NCBI GenBank assembly: GCA_049584975.1
Contig: JBAUYV010000179.1
Span: 59 to 64,058 of the forward strand
Length of the DNA stretch: 64,000 nt
Reading direction: 5' to 3'
From: Xanthobacteraceae bacterium
GTDB lineage: Bacteria > Pseudomonadota > Alphaproteobacteria > Rhizobiales > Xanthobacteraceae
The notes beneath the pieces were generated by a model. The model had not been told where the DNA came from. It was given only the letters and a program-made list of their open reading frames with translations, and searched no databases. Positions 33,535 to 43,210 of this stretch are shown piece by piece; positions within the stretch are counted from its first letter, which is position 1; every line of letters starts with the position of its first letter. Made by a program: the position numbers and the translations under genes.

Positions 33535-34023
33535 CTAGCTCACCGCTGCCTGCAGTTCGAGCAACTCCGGATCGCGGTATTGCGGCCGAAGCGGCGTAGC
33601 TTTGCTCAAAAGCGTTTGCACGTGGCACGTCTCAGCGCCGTCATTGATGATCTCGTGATGCGTGAATGGCGGGCAGGCGATCAAATCCCACTTGCCAAGC
33701 CGCGCCTCTGCAACTTCGTCTCCGTCAAAGAAGCGAATCAGGCACTGGCCGCCGAGGATGAAGAAGGTTTCTTCGGTTTCGTGGCAATGCACCGGAATGC
33801 GGTTGCCGGCCGGCATTGATTGAACCGACATCGTAAAGGCCGTGGGCTCCAGGCCACCGCGGCGATCGTTCGGGTCGACCGAGCCGCTCGCCCCGATGTA
33901 GCGCCGTTGCGCCCGCGCGAATTTCGGGTCCTTTTGCGTCTCAAATCCGAAAACCGTCCAGTCTTCGCGCCGGTCGGCGAAGCGCGCGACCCGACGATCA
34001 ATGCGGTCCTGAAGGCCACTCAT
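33535..34023 (-). CDS. Cupin domain protein
   Basis: Cupin metal motif PVHCHETEETFFILGG......G......L...D...CPPFTHHEI. Confidence 0.75.
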   Translation of the reverse strand: MSGLQDRIDRRVARFADRREDWTVFGFETQKDPKFARAQRRYIGASGSVDPNDRRGGLEPTAFTMSVQSMPAGNRIPVHCHETEETFFILGGQCLIRFFDGDEVAEARLGKWDLIACPPFTHHEIINDGAETCHVQTLLSKATPLRPQYRDPELLELQAAVS

Positions 34024-34232
34024 GAGTTATTCCCCATGTTGCTGATCCCGGACTTTAGCGAATGTAGAGTTTGAGACCTCCTCATACTTTAGTCAACGCC
34101 GAGACCGAGCTTGGCGGGGCGTGCGAAGTGAAGAAACTGCCCATTTGGTTCAGCCAAACGTGAGTGGCCAATGCTGCCGGTCATCCCATAAGATACGCGC
34201 ACAACCAACGAAATGATCGGGGACGACGCGCG

Positions 34233-34907
34233 ATGAAGCTCTATATGCATCCTGTTTCGATGACGAGCCGGCCGGTACGGCTGTTCATCGCCGAGAATAA
34301 GATTCCGGTCGAAGAGGTCACCGTCGACCTGTTCACGGGTGAGCAATACCAGCCGCCCTACGTAGAGCTTAATCCAAACAGCATGGTGCCGATGATCGAG
34401 GATGGCGACCTGCGCCTGACCGAAAGTTCGGCGATCCTCAAATACCTCGCCGACAAGATCGGCTCGCCGGCCTATCCGAAGGATTTGAAACAGCGCGCGA
34501 AAGTCAATGAAGTCATGGACTGGCTTAACACCAACTTCTACCGCGAGTGGGGATACAATCTCTGCTATCCGCAGCTCTTCCCTCACCTGAAGCGGCGCAG
34601 CGACGAGGCGCAGGCGGCAACCATCGAGTTTGGCCAGCAGAACGCCAAGAGGTGGCTGCAAATTCTCAACGACCATTGGATCGGGCCGAAGAAGCAATAT
34701 TTGTGTGGCGATCAGATAACGATCGCCGATTATTTCGGCGCCGGCCTAGTGACACTTGGTGAGGTCATTCGCTGCGATTTTTCGCCCTATCCAAACGTCC
34801 AGCGCTGGCTCAACAACGTAAAGAAGTTGCCGAGCTGGCCGAAGGTCAATGAAGTGTTCTACGGCCTCGTTGATTCCGTGAAGGGACAGCAGTTCCACGC
34901 CGTCTGA
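34233..34907 (+). CDS. Glutathione S-transferase family protein
   Basis: N-terminal thioredoxin-like fold, with NPNSMVPMIEDGDLRLTESSAILKYL. Confidence 0.85.
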   Translation: MKLYMHPVSMTSRPVRLFIAENKIPVEEVTVDLFTGEQYQPPYVELNPNSMVPMIEDGDLRLTESSAILKYLADKIGSPAYPKDLKQRAKVNEVMDWLNTNFYREWGYNLCYPQLFPHLKRRSDEAQAATIEFGQQNAKRWLQILNDHWIGPKKQYLCGDQITIADYFGAGLVTLGEVIRCDFSPYPNVQRWLNNVKKLPSWPKVNEVFYGLVDSVKGQQFHAV

Positions 34908-34941
34908 GCGCCGGGCGACGAAAGCAGTTGAGGCACGCGCC

Positions 34942-35862
34942 ATGAGTTTCTTCCCGGCCAAAGATCCGGTTCCCGGCGATGCCCGCTCGAGCGACGCCGT
35001 TGCGCAAGTCATCGTGCCGCGTTCGGTCGACCTGGGCGGCTTCCAGGTGCATCGCGCCCTGCCCTCCGGGCAGTCGCGGATGGTCGGGCCGTTTATTTTC
35101 TTTGACCATTTCGGTCCGGCGGTATTCCGAGCCGGCGACGGTGTCGACGTGCGGCCGCACCCGCACATCGGCCTCGCCACCGTCACGTACCTGTTCGACG
35201 GCGAGATCGTGCATCGCGACAGCCTCGGCACCGCCATGCCGATCCGGCCCGGCGCGGTGAACTGGATGACGGCCGGGCGCGGCATCGTGCATTCCGAGCG
35301 CACCGCCGCCGAACGCCGCAATGGCGGCGAGCCGTTGCACGGCCTGCAATTGTGGGTGGCTCTGCCGGCCAAGGACGAGGAAACTGCGCCGGCTTTTGCC
35401 CACACGGCGGCCGCCGACATCCCAGAACTGCGCGAGGATGGCATGACGTTGCGGGTCGTCGCCGGCAAGCTGCATGGCCTGCAGTCACCCGTCGTCACCT
35501 CGTGGGACACGTTGTTTCTGGAGGCGCGCCTGAAAGCCGGCACCACGCTGCCGCTCGATGCCGAGCATGAGGAACGCGCCGTCTATGTGATCGCGGGCGA
35601 GATCGAAATCGGCAGCGATCGGCACGGCCCGGAACGGCTCCTGGTGCTGCGCCCAGGCGATCGAGTCGTGGTGCGCGCCGTCAGCGATGCGCACTTTGTC
35701 GTCGTCGGCGGCGCGGCCATGGACGGGCCGCGTCACATCTGGTGGAATTTCGTCTCCTCGCGCAAGGAACGCATCGAGGCCGCCAAGGCCGAATGGAAAG
35801 CCGGCCGCTTCGCGATCGTTCCCGGCGATACGACGGAGTTCATTCCGCTGCCGGAGTCGTAG
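34942..35862 (+). CDS. Pirin family protein
   Basis: GPFIFFDHFGP....G.DVRPHPHIGLATVTYLF.GEI.HRDS.G is diagnostic. Confidence 0.9.
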   Translation: MSFFPAKDPVPGDARSSDAVAQVIVPRSVDLGGFQVHRALPSGQSRMVGPFIFFDHFGPAVFRAGDGVDVRPHPHIGLATVTYLFDGEIVHRDSLGTAMPIRPGAVNWMTAGRGIVHSERTAAERRNGGEPLHGLQLWVALPAKDEETAPAFAHTAAADIPELREDGMTLRVVAGKLHGLQSPVVTSWDTLFLEARLKAGTTLPLDAEHEERAVYVIAGEIEIGSDRHGPERLLVLRPGDRVVVRAVSDAHFVVVGGAAMDGPRHIWWNFVSSRKERIEAAKAEWKAGRFAIVPGDTTEFIPLPES

Positions 35863-35879
35863 GCGGCGCGCTCAGTTCC

Positions 35880-36089
35880 TCAGGCCGCGTGGCGCTGCGC
35901 GCGAACCCACGCCTCCACTTCGCGCTCGGCTTCGGCCTTGGCGAAACCATACCTTGCGCGCAGGCGGCCGATCAGTTCCTCGCGGCGGCCGGCGATGCGG
36001 GTGACATCCTCATCGGTGAGCTTGACCCAGTTGTTGTGGACCTTGTCCTTGAAATTGATCCAATCGACTTGGATGACGTTCCAGTTCAT
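35880..36089 (-). CDS. CsbD family general-stress protein
   Basis: MNWN.I...W..FK.KV...W.KLTDDD...I.G.RE.L.G.L...YG pattern. Confidence 0.85.
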   Translation of the reverse strand: MNWNVIQVDWINFKDKVHNNWVKLTDEDVTRIAGRREELIGRLRARYGFAKAEAEREVEAWVRAQRHAA

Positions 36090-36310
36090 CGCGGTCTTCC
36101 TTTTTGAGGACGGACAAGCGACACGGCTCGCCGCGTCAGCGCGGGCGAATGACAGCCCGGCGATGCGGCCTCAATTCGGCGATACCGGGGTCATTCGGCG
36201 AACAATTCTTGCCCGGATCGGGCCAATCAAACTGTTCTAAACACAATGTGAAAGGCCATCCGCATGGCCGCGCCGCTTGACGGGCGCGGCCTCCTCACCG
36301 ATGACACGGC

Positions 36311-37303
36311 ATGGCCACGGTTTCGTCGCCGCCCGATGTCGAGCGCCTTGCGGAAGCGATCCGCACCGGCGACCGCACCGTATTGTCGCGCGCGATCACG
36401 CTGATCGAAAGCAAACGCGCCGACCACCGCGGCACCGCCGCGGCGCTGACGCAGACGCTGTTGCGCGCGACCGGCAAGGCGGTGCGGGTCGGCATTACCG
36501 GCTCGCCGGGCGTCGGCAAATCGACGTTGATTGACGCCCTCGGGTCCATGCTCACGGGCCAAGGACGCAAGGTTGCGGTGCTGGCGGTCGACCCATCCTC
36601 GCGGCGCACCGGCGGATCGATTCTTGCCGACAAGACGCGCATGGCGCGCCTCGCCAACGATGCGAACGCCTTCATCCGTCCCTCGCCCTCATCCGGCACG
36701 CTCGGCGGCGTCGCGGCAAAGACGCGCGAAACCATGCTGCTGTGCGAGGCCGCCGGCTACGATGTGGTGCTGGTCGAGACAGTGGGGGTCGGTCAGTCGG
36801 AGATCGCGGTCGCCGACATGACCGACTTTTTCCTCGTGCTCGTGTTGGCAGGCGCCGGCGACGAATTGCAGGCGCTCAAAAAGGGTGTCATCGAACTCGC
36901 CGACATGATCGCCATCAACAAGGCGGACGGCGACAATCTTGCGCGCGCCAAAGGCGCTGCGGCCGAATACAAGGCGGCGCTGCACATTCTCACGCCCGCG
37001 TCGTCGAACTGGTCGCCGCCGGTGATCACCTGCTCGGCACTCAATGGCGGCGGCATCGCCGATCTGTGGTCTAACATCCTCAAACATCGCGAGCGGCTCA
37101 CGGCATCAGGCGAATTGGCAACGCGCCGCGGCGAGCAGCAGGTGAAATGGATGTGGACCATGCTCGAAGAACGCCTGTTTGCGCCATTGCGGTCCGATCG
37201 GACGGTCAAAGCGGAACTGCCGAAGATCGAGGCCGAAGTCTCGGCTGGCCGCCTGGCGCCCGCCGCCGCCGTCGAGAGAATCGCCGGAATGCTGGAGCGG
37301 TAG
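36311..37303 (+). CDS. meaB: Methylmalonyl-CoA mutase-associated G3E GTPase MeaB/ArgK
   Basis: RAITLIES, P-loop GSPGVGKST, AVLAVDPSS..TGGSILGDK-like, VLVETVGVGQSE and INKADGDN motifs. Confidence 0.9.
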   Translation: MATVSSPPDVERLAEAIRTGDRTVLSRAITLIESKRADHRGTAAALTQTLLRATGKAVRVGITGSPGVGKSTLIDALGSMLTGQGRKVAVLAVDPSSRRTGGSILADKTRMARLANDANAFIRPSPSSGTLGGVAAKTRETMLLCEAAGYDVVLVETVGVGQSEIAVADMTDFFLVLVLAGAGDELQALKKGVIELADMIAINKADGDNLARAKGAAAEYKAALHILTPASSNWSPPVITCSALNGGGIADLWSNILKHRERLTASGELATRRGEQQVKWMWTMLEERLFAPLRSDRTVKAELPKIEAEVSAGRLAPAAAVERIAGMLER

Positions 37304-37306
37304 GCG

Positions 37307-37930
37307 ATGCGCGTCGTTCTTGCCGGCTTTGGTCCTTTCCCCGGCGCGCCGGTCAACCCAAGCGGCGTTTTGGCGAAAGCGCTCGTCCACAGCCGGCGCC
37401 CTGCCCTCGCCGGGCTTCGTCGCACCGCCACCGTATTTGCCACGAGCTACGCGGCAGTCGATCGCGGTCTGCCAAAGCTCTTCGCGGAGAAGCCGGACAT
37501 CGTGCTGGTGTTTGGGCTCGCTGGCCGCAGACGCCACGTCTGTATCGAAACACGTGCGCGCAACGCCGTGTCGGTATTGTTTCCCGATGCAAGCCGCCAC
37601 CGCCCGCCGCAGAGCGTTATCAAGCCTGGCGGATCGCAGGCGCTCACGAGCCACGCGCCGTTTGCCCAACTCGTGGGCGCGGTCCGCGCGCGCAAAGTGC
37701 CGGTTCGGCCGTCGCGCGACGCCGGGCGATACCTCTGCAACTACATCTATTGGCGCGCCTTGGAACGAGCGCCCCACGGGAGTCCGCTGGTGCAATTCGT
37801 CCATATCCCGGCGGTGAGCCTCAAACCACAGCGGAAACGGCGCGGAAGCCACCGCTCATTGTCGTTTGCGGACGTGATGCGGGCTGGCGAAAGCCTGCTC
37901 ATTGCGCTCGCCGCGGCGAGCCGGCGATAA
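37307..37930 (+). CDS. Peptidase C15 (pyroglutamyl-peptidase I-like) family protein
   Basis: VLAGFGPFPG...NPS, AGRYLCNYIYW (Cys nucleophile context) and VQFVHIP (His context). Confidence 0.7.
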   Translation: MRVVLAGFGPFPGAPVNPSGVLAKALVHSRRPALAGLRRTATVFATSYAAVDRGLPKLFAEKPDIVLVFGLAGRRRHVCIETRARNAVSVLFPDASRHRPPQSVIKPGGSQALTSHAPFAQLVGAVRARKVPVRPSRDAGRYLCNYIYWRALERAPHGSPLVQFVHIPAVSLKPQRKRRGSHRSLSFADVMRAGESLLIALAAASRR

Positions 37931-37933
37931 GGG

Positions 37934-38947
37934 CTATGGCGAAGAGGCAGCGAGTGCCTCCGTCACTTTCAGCGCTCCCACCTCGATGCCGTTCCAATTC
38001 CGCAGCGTCGGCGCCACGAAGCGCCCGAGTGACGCGCGTTCAGCGGTGTCGAGAGGCAGGAAACGCGCGATGATAGCCGCCATAACGGCCTCCGCCGCGC
38101 GGCCGGCGCCGTCATCGCATTTGATGGCGATACCAAACCCTAGCTCGGGGAGCGCGCCGCAATACACGCCTTCAGCGCCGGTCTTCACAAACGCCCGCGC
38201 GCCGAAAAGTTTCATGATCTCGGTGCAGAAACGTCCGGTGCCGGCGACGTACCAGGGATTTTGCGTGCAGGCGGCGCGCAAACGCGCGGCGGCATCGGCG
38301 CGCTCCCGCTGCAGCCCTTGGCCGGTGGCGAATTTGGCAAAGGCCTGGGCGAGATTTTTCAGCGGTACAGCCCAGGTGGGGACCGAGCAGCCATCGATCG
38401 CGCATCGATCGGGACCCAGCGCCGTGCCGGTCAAGTCTTCAAGCACGCCGCGCACTTCCTGCTGCACCGGATGCTCGGGGTGCCAATAGCCGACGTGATC
38501 GACGCCCATGGCGCAAGCAAGACACAGAAAGCCCGCGTGCTTGCCGGAGCAATTGTTGTGCAGTGCCGACGGTGTGCCGATCTTCGCCAGCGCAAAAGCT
38601 GCCGGGTGGGAGGCCGGCCAATGCGCCCCGCAGGCGAGTGCAGAAACATCGAGACCGGCCTTCGCCAACATGCGTGTAACACCCTCTACGTGTGCGGGCT
38701 CACCGCTATGGGAAGCGCAGGCGAGCGCCAGCTCCTCGTCGCTCAGTCCATAACGATCGGCCACACCGGATTCCACGAGCGCTAGCGCCTGCATGGCCTT
38801 GACCGCCGAGCGCGGGAAAACCGGCGCGGCCACGTCGCCAACAGACAATACGAGCTTGCCGTAAGCATCGGCCACCGCCACCGCGCCGCGGTGACGGCTC
38901 TCCATCAGCGGCCCCCGCCAAGCTTCTACAAGAACCGGATCGCTCAT
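37934..38947 (-). CDS. Asparaginase II family protein
   Basis: ESRHRGAVAV.D..G......GD....VFPRSAVKAMQALALVESG and CASHSGE..H motifs. Confidence 0.85.
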   Translation of the reverse strand: MSDPVLVEAWRGPLMESRHRGAVAVADAYGKLVLSVGDVAAPVFPRSAVKAMQALALVESGVADRYGLSDEELALACASHSGEPAHVEGVTRMLAKAGLDVSALACGAHWPASHPAAFALAKIGTPSALHNNCSGKHAGFLCLACAMGVDHVGYWHPEHPVQQEVRGVLEDLTGTALGPDRCAIDGCSVPTWAVPLKNLAQAFAKFATGQGLQRERADAAARLRAACTQNPWYVAGTGRFCTEIMKLFGARAFVKTGAEGVYCGALPELGFGIAIKCDDGAGRAAEAVMAAIIARFLPLDTAERASLGRFVAPTLRNWNGIEVGALKVTEALAASSP

Positions 38948-39065
38948 CACGAATGTCTTTCCCGAGTCCCTGACATTGCGGCCCCGGTGGAACCGATGAC
39001 AGCGTAGCAATTGTCCTTTATCGTTTTCACGTTGCGTTTGCTTTCCGGATTTGACGTCGAGCCAA

Positions 39066-39992
39066 ATGCCAATCTGCGAAGCCGATCCTTGGCGGCTGCA
39101 ATATTTTAGGCGGGTTGAGACCGCCGTGAATATCCCGACTGAGGACGCTGACGCCTGGAACTGGTATCCGGCCCATCGTTGGGTTTACGACAAGCTCGCG
39201 GTGGCGCTTAGCCAAAACCTCGAGGCCGGACCGCATGGCACGTCGCCGCCCCGTTATCCGGTTTTCTCCAAGCCGATCATCAATCTCAAGGGCATGGGCG
39301 TTGGCAGCCGCACGCTCAACTCGGCGGCCGAATACGACAAATATTACGCGGCCGGCCACATGTGGGTGACGCTGCTCGAAGGCCGCCACGTCTCCTCCGA
39401 CGTCGCCGTCGTCCGCGGCGAGCCGCGCTGGTGGCGCCACGTCACCGGGAAGCCGACCGGTGAAGGTGCATTTGACTATTGGTGGATCCATGCCTCGCCC
39501 GACGCCGAGATCGAAGCACACTGCGGCAAATGGGTGCGGGACCATCTCGCCGGCTACACCGGCATGCTGAACCTGGAAACCATCGGCGGCACCATCATCG
39601 AAGCGCATCTTCGCTTCGCCGATCAATGGCCCGATCTCTACGGCAAGGGTTGGATTGACGCGCTGGTGCGGCTTTATGAGAAACACGAGTGGAATTTCGC
39701 CGATGACGATCGGCGCGATGGCTATAGCGTCGTACTGTTCGGACCGAATGGACAACACTATCGCCATCCGCCGCAATCTATCGTCGACGAGGTCAAGGGC
39801 CTCCGCGGCGTGACCAGCGTGCAGATCACATTCCACGAAGCGCCCGAACGCCACGCGATGCCGCCCGGCGGTTTCCGTCTCGCCATCGTCAATTGCTTCG
39901 ACATCGCGGCCGGGATTGCCGGCCGCGCGCGATTGCAGCTATTCTTCCTTCCCGGTGTCACGGACGATGCCGGAGCCGCCGCGAAGGCGTGA
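39066..39992 (+). CDS. Hypothetical protein, possibly ATP-grasp-like
   Basis: PVFSKPIINLKGMGVGSR and LNLETIGGTIIEAHLRFADQWPDLYG resemble ATP-grasp strands. The assignment is tentative. Confidence 0.45.
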   Translation: MPICEADPWRLQYFRRVETAVNIPTEDADAWNWYPAHRWVYDKLAVALSQNLEAGPHGTSPPRYPVFSKPIINLKGMGVGSRTLNSAAEYDKYYAAGHMWVTLLEGRHVSSDVAVVRGEPRWWRHVTGKPTGEGAFDYWWIHASPDAEIEAHCGKWVRDHLAGYTGMLNLETIGGTIIEAHLRFADQWPDLYGKGWIDALVRLYEKHEWNFADDDRRDGYSVVLFGPNGQHYRHPPQSIVDEVKGLRGVTSVQITFHEAPERHAMPPGGFRLAIVNCFDIAAGIAGRARLQLFFLPGVTDDAGAAAKA

Positions 39993-40028
39993 TCTGACGA
40001 AATCCGACTGAAAGCGTTCGCGTGGAGC

Positions 40029-41132
40029 TCAGCCGCGCATGGCGGCGCCCGGCCACAGTTTCGGAGCGGTGCGCGCGTATTGCGGCGGCCGCGCCACGTC
40101 GGCGCCCAGCGTCTGCGCTGCATGCCAACCCCAATGTGGATCGTCGAGGAAGGCACGCGCCATGGCGATCATGTCGGCCTTGCCCTGGGCAATGATCTCC
40201 TCGGCCTGCTTGGCGCTTACGATCATGCCGACGGCGCGCACGGCCAGGCCGCCGCACTCGCGGCGTACGCGCTCCGCAATGGGAACGTTGAAGCCCGGCT
40301 CGCTGGGCCAGCGGCTCTCCGGCGTAATGTTGGCGGACGATATGTCGACATAATCGAGCCCCGCAGCCTTGAGCGCCTTGCCCATCGCAACCGCATCATC
40401 CCCCGTGAGGCCGCCCTCGATCCAATCGGTGCCGGTGATGCGGGCGCCAAGCGGCACGCTGCGTGGCACCGCGGCGCGGACCGCGCGCACCACCTCGAGG
40501 GGAAAGCGCATACGGCCTTCGAACGAACCGCCGTACGCGTCGTTGCGCTTGTTCGACAGCGGCGAGACGAAGCTGTGCAGCAGATAACCGTGAGCGAAGT
40601 GCAACTCGATGGTGTCAAAGCCGATGCGGAGCGAGCGCTTGGCGGCGTCGGTGAACGCCGCGGTGACGTGCGCCATGTCCTCTTCGGTCATGGCGCTTGG
40701 CGTGTGCCAGCCGGGGCCGAACGGCAGCGCCGAAGGGGCGATGGTCGGCCATGGATCCTCATTGACGGGCAGTGCCTTTGCGCCCTCCCAGGGACGCTGC
40801 GAGGACGCCTTGCGGCCGGCGTGAGCGAGCTGGATGGCGATCTTCGCCGAGCCGATGTGATGGCAGTGATAGACAACGCGCTCCAGAGCCGCTTCGCAGT
40901 CGTCGGAATAGAGACCGAGGCAGCCATGAGTGATGCGGCCACGGCGCTCAACATGGGTCGCTTCGATCACCAGCATGCCGGCGCCGGAATTCGCCAGCAT
41001 GCCCAGATGGGTCAGATGCCAATCAGTGGCGACGCCGTCGGCGGCGCTGTACTGGCACATGGGGGCGACAACGATACGGTTCGGCAGTTCGAGATCGGCA
41101 AGACGGATGGGCGAGAACAGGGCGCTCGTCAT
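40029..41132 (-). CDS. NADH:flavin oxidoreductase (Old Yellow Enzyme family)
   Basis: LFSPIRLADLELPNRIVVAPMCQYSA.DG...DWHL.HLG and HGYLLHSF.SPLSN.R.D.YGGS motifs. Confidence 0.9.
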   Translation of the reverse strand: MTSALFSPIRLADLELPNRIVVAPMCQYSAADGVATDWHLTHLGMLANSGAGMLVIEATHVERRGRITHGCLGLYSDDCEAALERVVYHCHHIGSAKIAIQLAHAGRKASSQRPWEGAKALPVNEDPWPTIAPSALPFGPGWHTPSAMTEEDMAHVTAAFTDAAKRSLRIGFDTIELHFAHGYLLHSFVSPLSNKRNDAYGGSFEGRMRFPLEVVRAVRAAVPRSVPLGARITGTDWIEGGLTGDDAVAMGKALKAAGLDYVDISSANITPESRWPSEPGFNVPIAERVRRECGGLAVRAVGMIVSAKQAEEIIAQGKADMIAMARAFLDDPHWGWHAAQTLGADVARPPQYARTAPKLWPGAAMRG

Positions 41133-41204
41133 GGGGGTCACGGGGTGTTGGGAGGGGGGATGAAAGGCGCGGGGCACATGACCTTACCGTAGGTCGTGCA
41201 CCCC

Positions 41205-41225
41205 TGTGGAAACCTGTGGATAACT
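41205..41225 (-). promoter_or_regulatory. Perfect DnaA box (13-mer CCTGTGGATAACT) preceded by a 7/9 box one helical turn away
   Basis: TGTGGATAA at 41215-41223 is the reverse complement of TTATCCACA. TGTGGAAAC lies at 41205-41213. Confidence 0.55.
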
Positions 41226-41328
41226 CGTCGTGCAGGGACCTTTTCTGCAAGTCTGGTGCAGGGTTGCCTCAGCGCCGCGCGTTGAGTCAAGCCCGCTGCC
41301 AAGCGCGAAAGCAATACCTCAGGTGCAA

Positions 41329-41559
41329 TTAGGAGGGGACGGCCGATTCAGCCGTTTGTCGCGGGAGCCCGGCGACATTGGCAAACCGGTCGTGGGCGAG
41401 GTTGACGGCGCGCAATTCGCTGAGCAGTTCGGTTTCCGTGTAATAGTGCCGCCAGCGGCCGGTCTCGAAAAGTTCAATGAGATGGGCTTTGCGGCGCTCA
41501 ACCAGCGAGAGCCAATCGCGCGCGACCGCGCCGTATGGACTTGGTTGCCGAAACGCCAT
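41329..41559 (-). CDS. Small conserved hypothetical protein (RWRHYYTE motif)
   Basis: 76 aa, with WL.LVERRKAHLIELFETGRWRHYYTE.ELL. It resembles a small alphaproteobacterial family that I recall only loosely. Confidence 0.45.
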   Translation of the reverse strand: MAFRQPSPYGAVARDWLSLVERRKAHLIELFETGRWRHYYTETELLSELRAVNLAHDRFANVAGLPRQTAESAVPS

Positions 41560-41672
41560 GGCAAGCCTGCGAACGCCCGTGACCTCGAAACTTCCTTCAT
41601 CTTCGGGACGTTAACTTCGGCGAGCAACGGAAATGAATGTTGCGGCGCCGAAGCATCGTCCTGCTGCCGCAG

Positions 41673-41685
41673 CCTGTGGATAACT
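41673..41685 (-). promoter_or_regulatory. Perfect DnaA box within the conserved 13-mer CCTGTGGATAACT
   Basis: TGTGGATAA at 41675-41683, about 115 nt upstream of the small gene's start at 41559. Confidence 0.55.
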
Positions 41686-41731
41686 ATGTGGGAATCTGGG
41701 CCGCGAGGCGCCGCGAGCCGCGGGGGGCCGC

Positions 41732-42190
41732 TTAGGGCTTGACCGCAACGATGCCCTCGATTTCGACGGAAATCTGGTGCGGCAACATCACGTTGCCGAC
41801 CGCCGAGCGAGCGTGCCGGCCGGCCTCGCCAAAGACCTCGACGAACAGATCGGAACAGCCGTTGATCACCTTCGGCGAGTCGTTGAACTCCGGCACCGCG
41901 TTGACCATGCCGAGAAGCTTGACGATGTAGTCGACCCGGTCGAGCGACCCGAGCGCGTCGCGCATGGCCGAAAGGAGCCCGAGGCCGACGACGCGGGCGC
42001 GCCGGTAGCCTTCCTCGAGACTGATATCGGCGCCCAGCTTGCCAACGAGCGAGACGCCGTTCTCGCGCGGACCCTGACCGGAGAGGTAGAGGATATTTCC
42101 CGCAAGCCGGTAAGGCACATAATTGGCCACCGGCTTTGGCAGCGGCGGCAGCACTATCCCGAGTTCCTTCAAGCGCGCTTCCGCACTCAT
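41732..42190 (-). CDS. RidA/YjgF family protein
   Basis: LP....P.ANYVPY...GN.LYLSGQGP and a C-terminal SAVG...LP....VEIE pattern. Confidence 0.9.
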   Translation of the reverse strand: MSAEARLKELGIVLPPLPKPVANYVPYRLAGNILYLSGQGPRENGVSLVGKLGADISLEEGYRRARVVGLGLLSAMRDALGSLDRVDYIVKLLGMVNAVPEFNDSPKVINGCSDLFVEVFGEAGRHARSAVGNVMLPHQISVEIEGIVAVKP

Positions 42191-42238
42191 GATTTTCTCC
42201 TGTTTCGTTCCTTTGGCCGAACCAGATCTCCGCTCGGC

Positions 42239-43210
42239 TTAAAGCTTGATGCGCAATGCGTTCCCCAGTTCGCCGACAATGCCACGCCGGAACGCCAGCA
42301 CGCAGACGACAAAAATCGAGCCCTGGATCACCAGCACCCATTGGCCGAACGACGCCAGATAATTCTCCAGTGCGACGATCAGGAAGGCACCGACGACAGG
42401 CCCGAATAGCGTGCCAAGGCCGCCAACGAGCGTCATCAGCACTACTTCACCGGACATGGTCCAATACACGTCGGTCAGGGAGGCCAGATGAACCACCAGC
42501 GCCTTCAGCGCACCGGCAAGTCCAGCTAGGGTCGCGGACAGTATAAAAGCGAGGAGCTTATAGCGGTCGGTTTTGTAGCCGAGCGAAATGGCGCGCACTT
42601 CATTTTCGCGAATGGCCTTGAGCACTTCGCCGAACGGAGAATTGACGATGCGATAAATGAACAGGAACCCAGCGAGCACAACAAGGGAGATGAAGACGTA
42701 CATCGTCATATCGCTGGACAGGTCGAACACCCCGAACAGGCGTCCGCGCGGAACATCCTGAATGCCGTCCTCGCCGCCCGTAAACGGCGCGCGCAATGCG
42801 ACGAAAAACATCATCTGGGCCAGCGCCAGAGTGATCATGGCGAAATAGATGCCCTGGCGGCGAATGGCTATGCCACCAGCGACAACGCCCAGCCCTGCGG
42901 CGCCGGCCGTGGCAAAGAGCACCGCCGCCTCCGGCGGGAAGCCCCAACGCTTGGCCGCGTGTGCCGACAGATAGCTCGCCCAGCCAAAAAACAAGGCATG
43001 GCCGAACGAAAGCAGGCCCACATAACCGATCAGAAGATTAAAGGCGCAGGCGAACAGCGCAAAGCACAACGCCTGCATGAGAAAGACCGGATAGAGCACG
43101 AACGGCGCGACCGACAAAAGCGCGACGGTTACGGCAAAGGCCACGCCCAAACTACGCGCCATGCCGTCGCGCACTAGCGGTATCGGGGGGTCTCCGGCCA
43201 TCTCCATCAC
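42239..43210 (-). CDS. Branched-chain amino acid ABC transporter permease (LivM type)
   Basis: Multi-TM, with GYVGLLSFGHALFFGWASY. Its start overlaps the stop codon of the LivH-type gene by 4 nt. Confidence 0.9.
   Translation of the reverse strand: MMEMAGDPPIPLVRDGMARSLGVAFAVTVALLSVAPFVLYPVFLMQALCFALFACAFNLLIGYVGLLSFGHALFFGWASYLSAHAAKRWGFPPEAAVLFATAGAAGLGVVAGGIAIRRQGIYFAMITLALAQMMFFVALRAPFTGGEDGIQDVPRGRLFGVFDLSSDMTMYVFISLVVLAGFLFIYRIVNSPFGEVLKAIRENEVRAISLGYKTDRYKLLAFILSATLAGLAGALKALVVHLASLTDVYWTMSGEVVLMTLVGGLGTLFGPVVGAFLIVALENYLASFGQWVLVIQGSIFVVCVLAFRRGIVGELGNALRIKL

Noticed and set aside
36090-36310. Possible cobalamin riboswitch upstream of meaB, or an EcfG-type stress promoter for csbD
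   Set aside because: No B12-box-like sequence and no GGAAC-N16/17-CGTT motif were found on the relevant strands.
41205-41695. Could the clustered perfect DnaA boxes mark the chromosomal origin (oriC)?
   Set aside because: There are only two strong boxes, 450 bp apart, with an ordinary gene between them. No AT-rich unwinding element is present. The usual alphaproteobacterial oriC neighbours (hemE, maf, parAB, dnaA, dnaN) are absent. A regulatory or titration role is more plausible.
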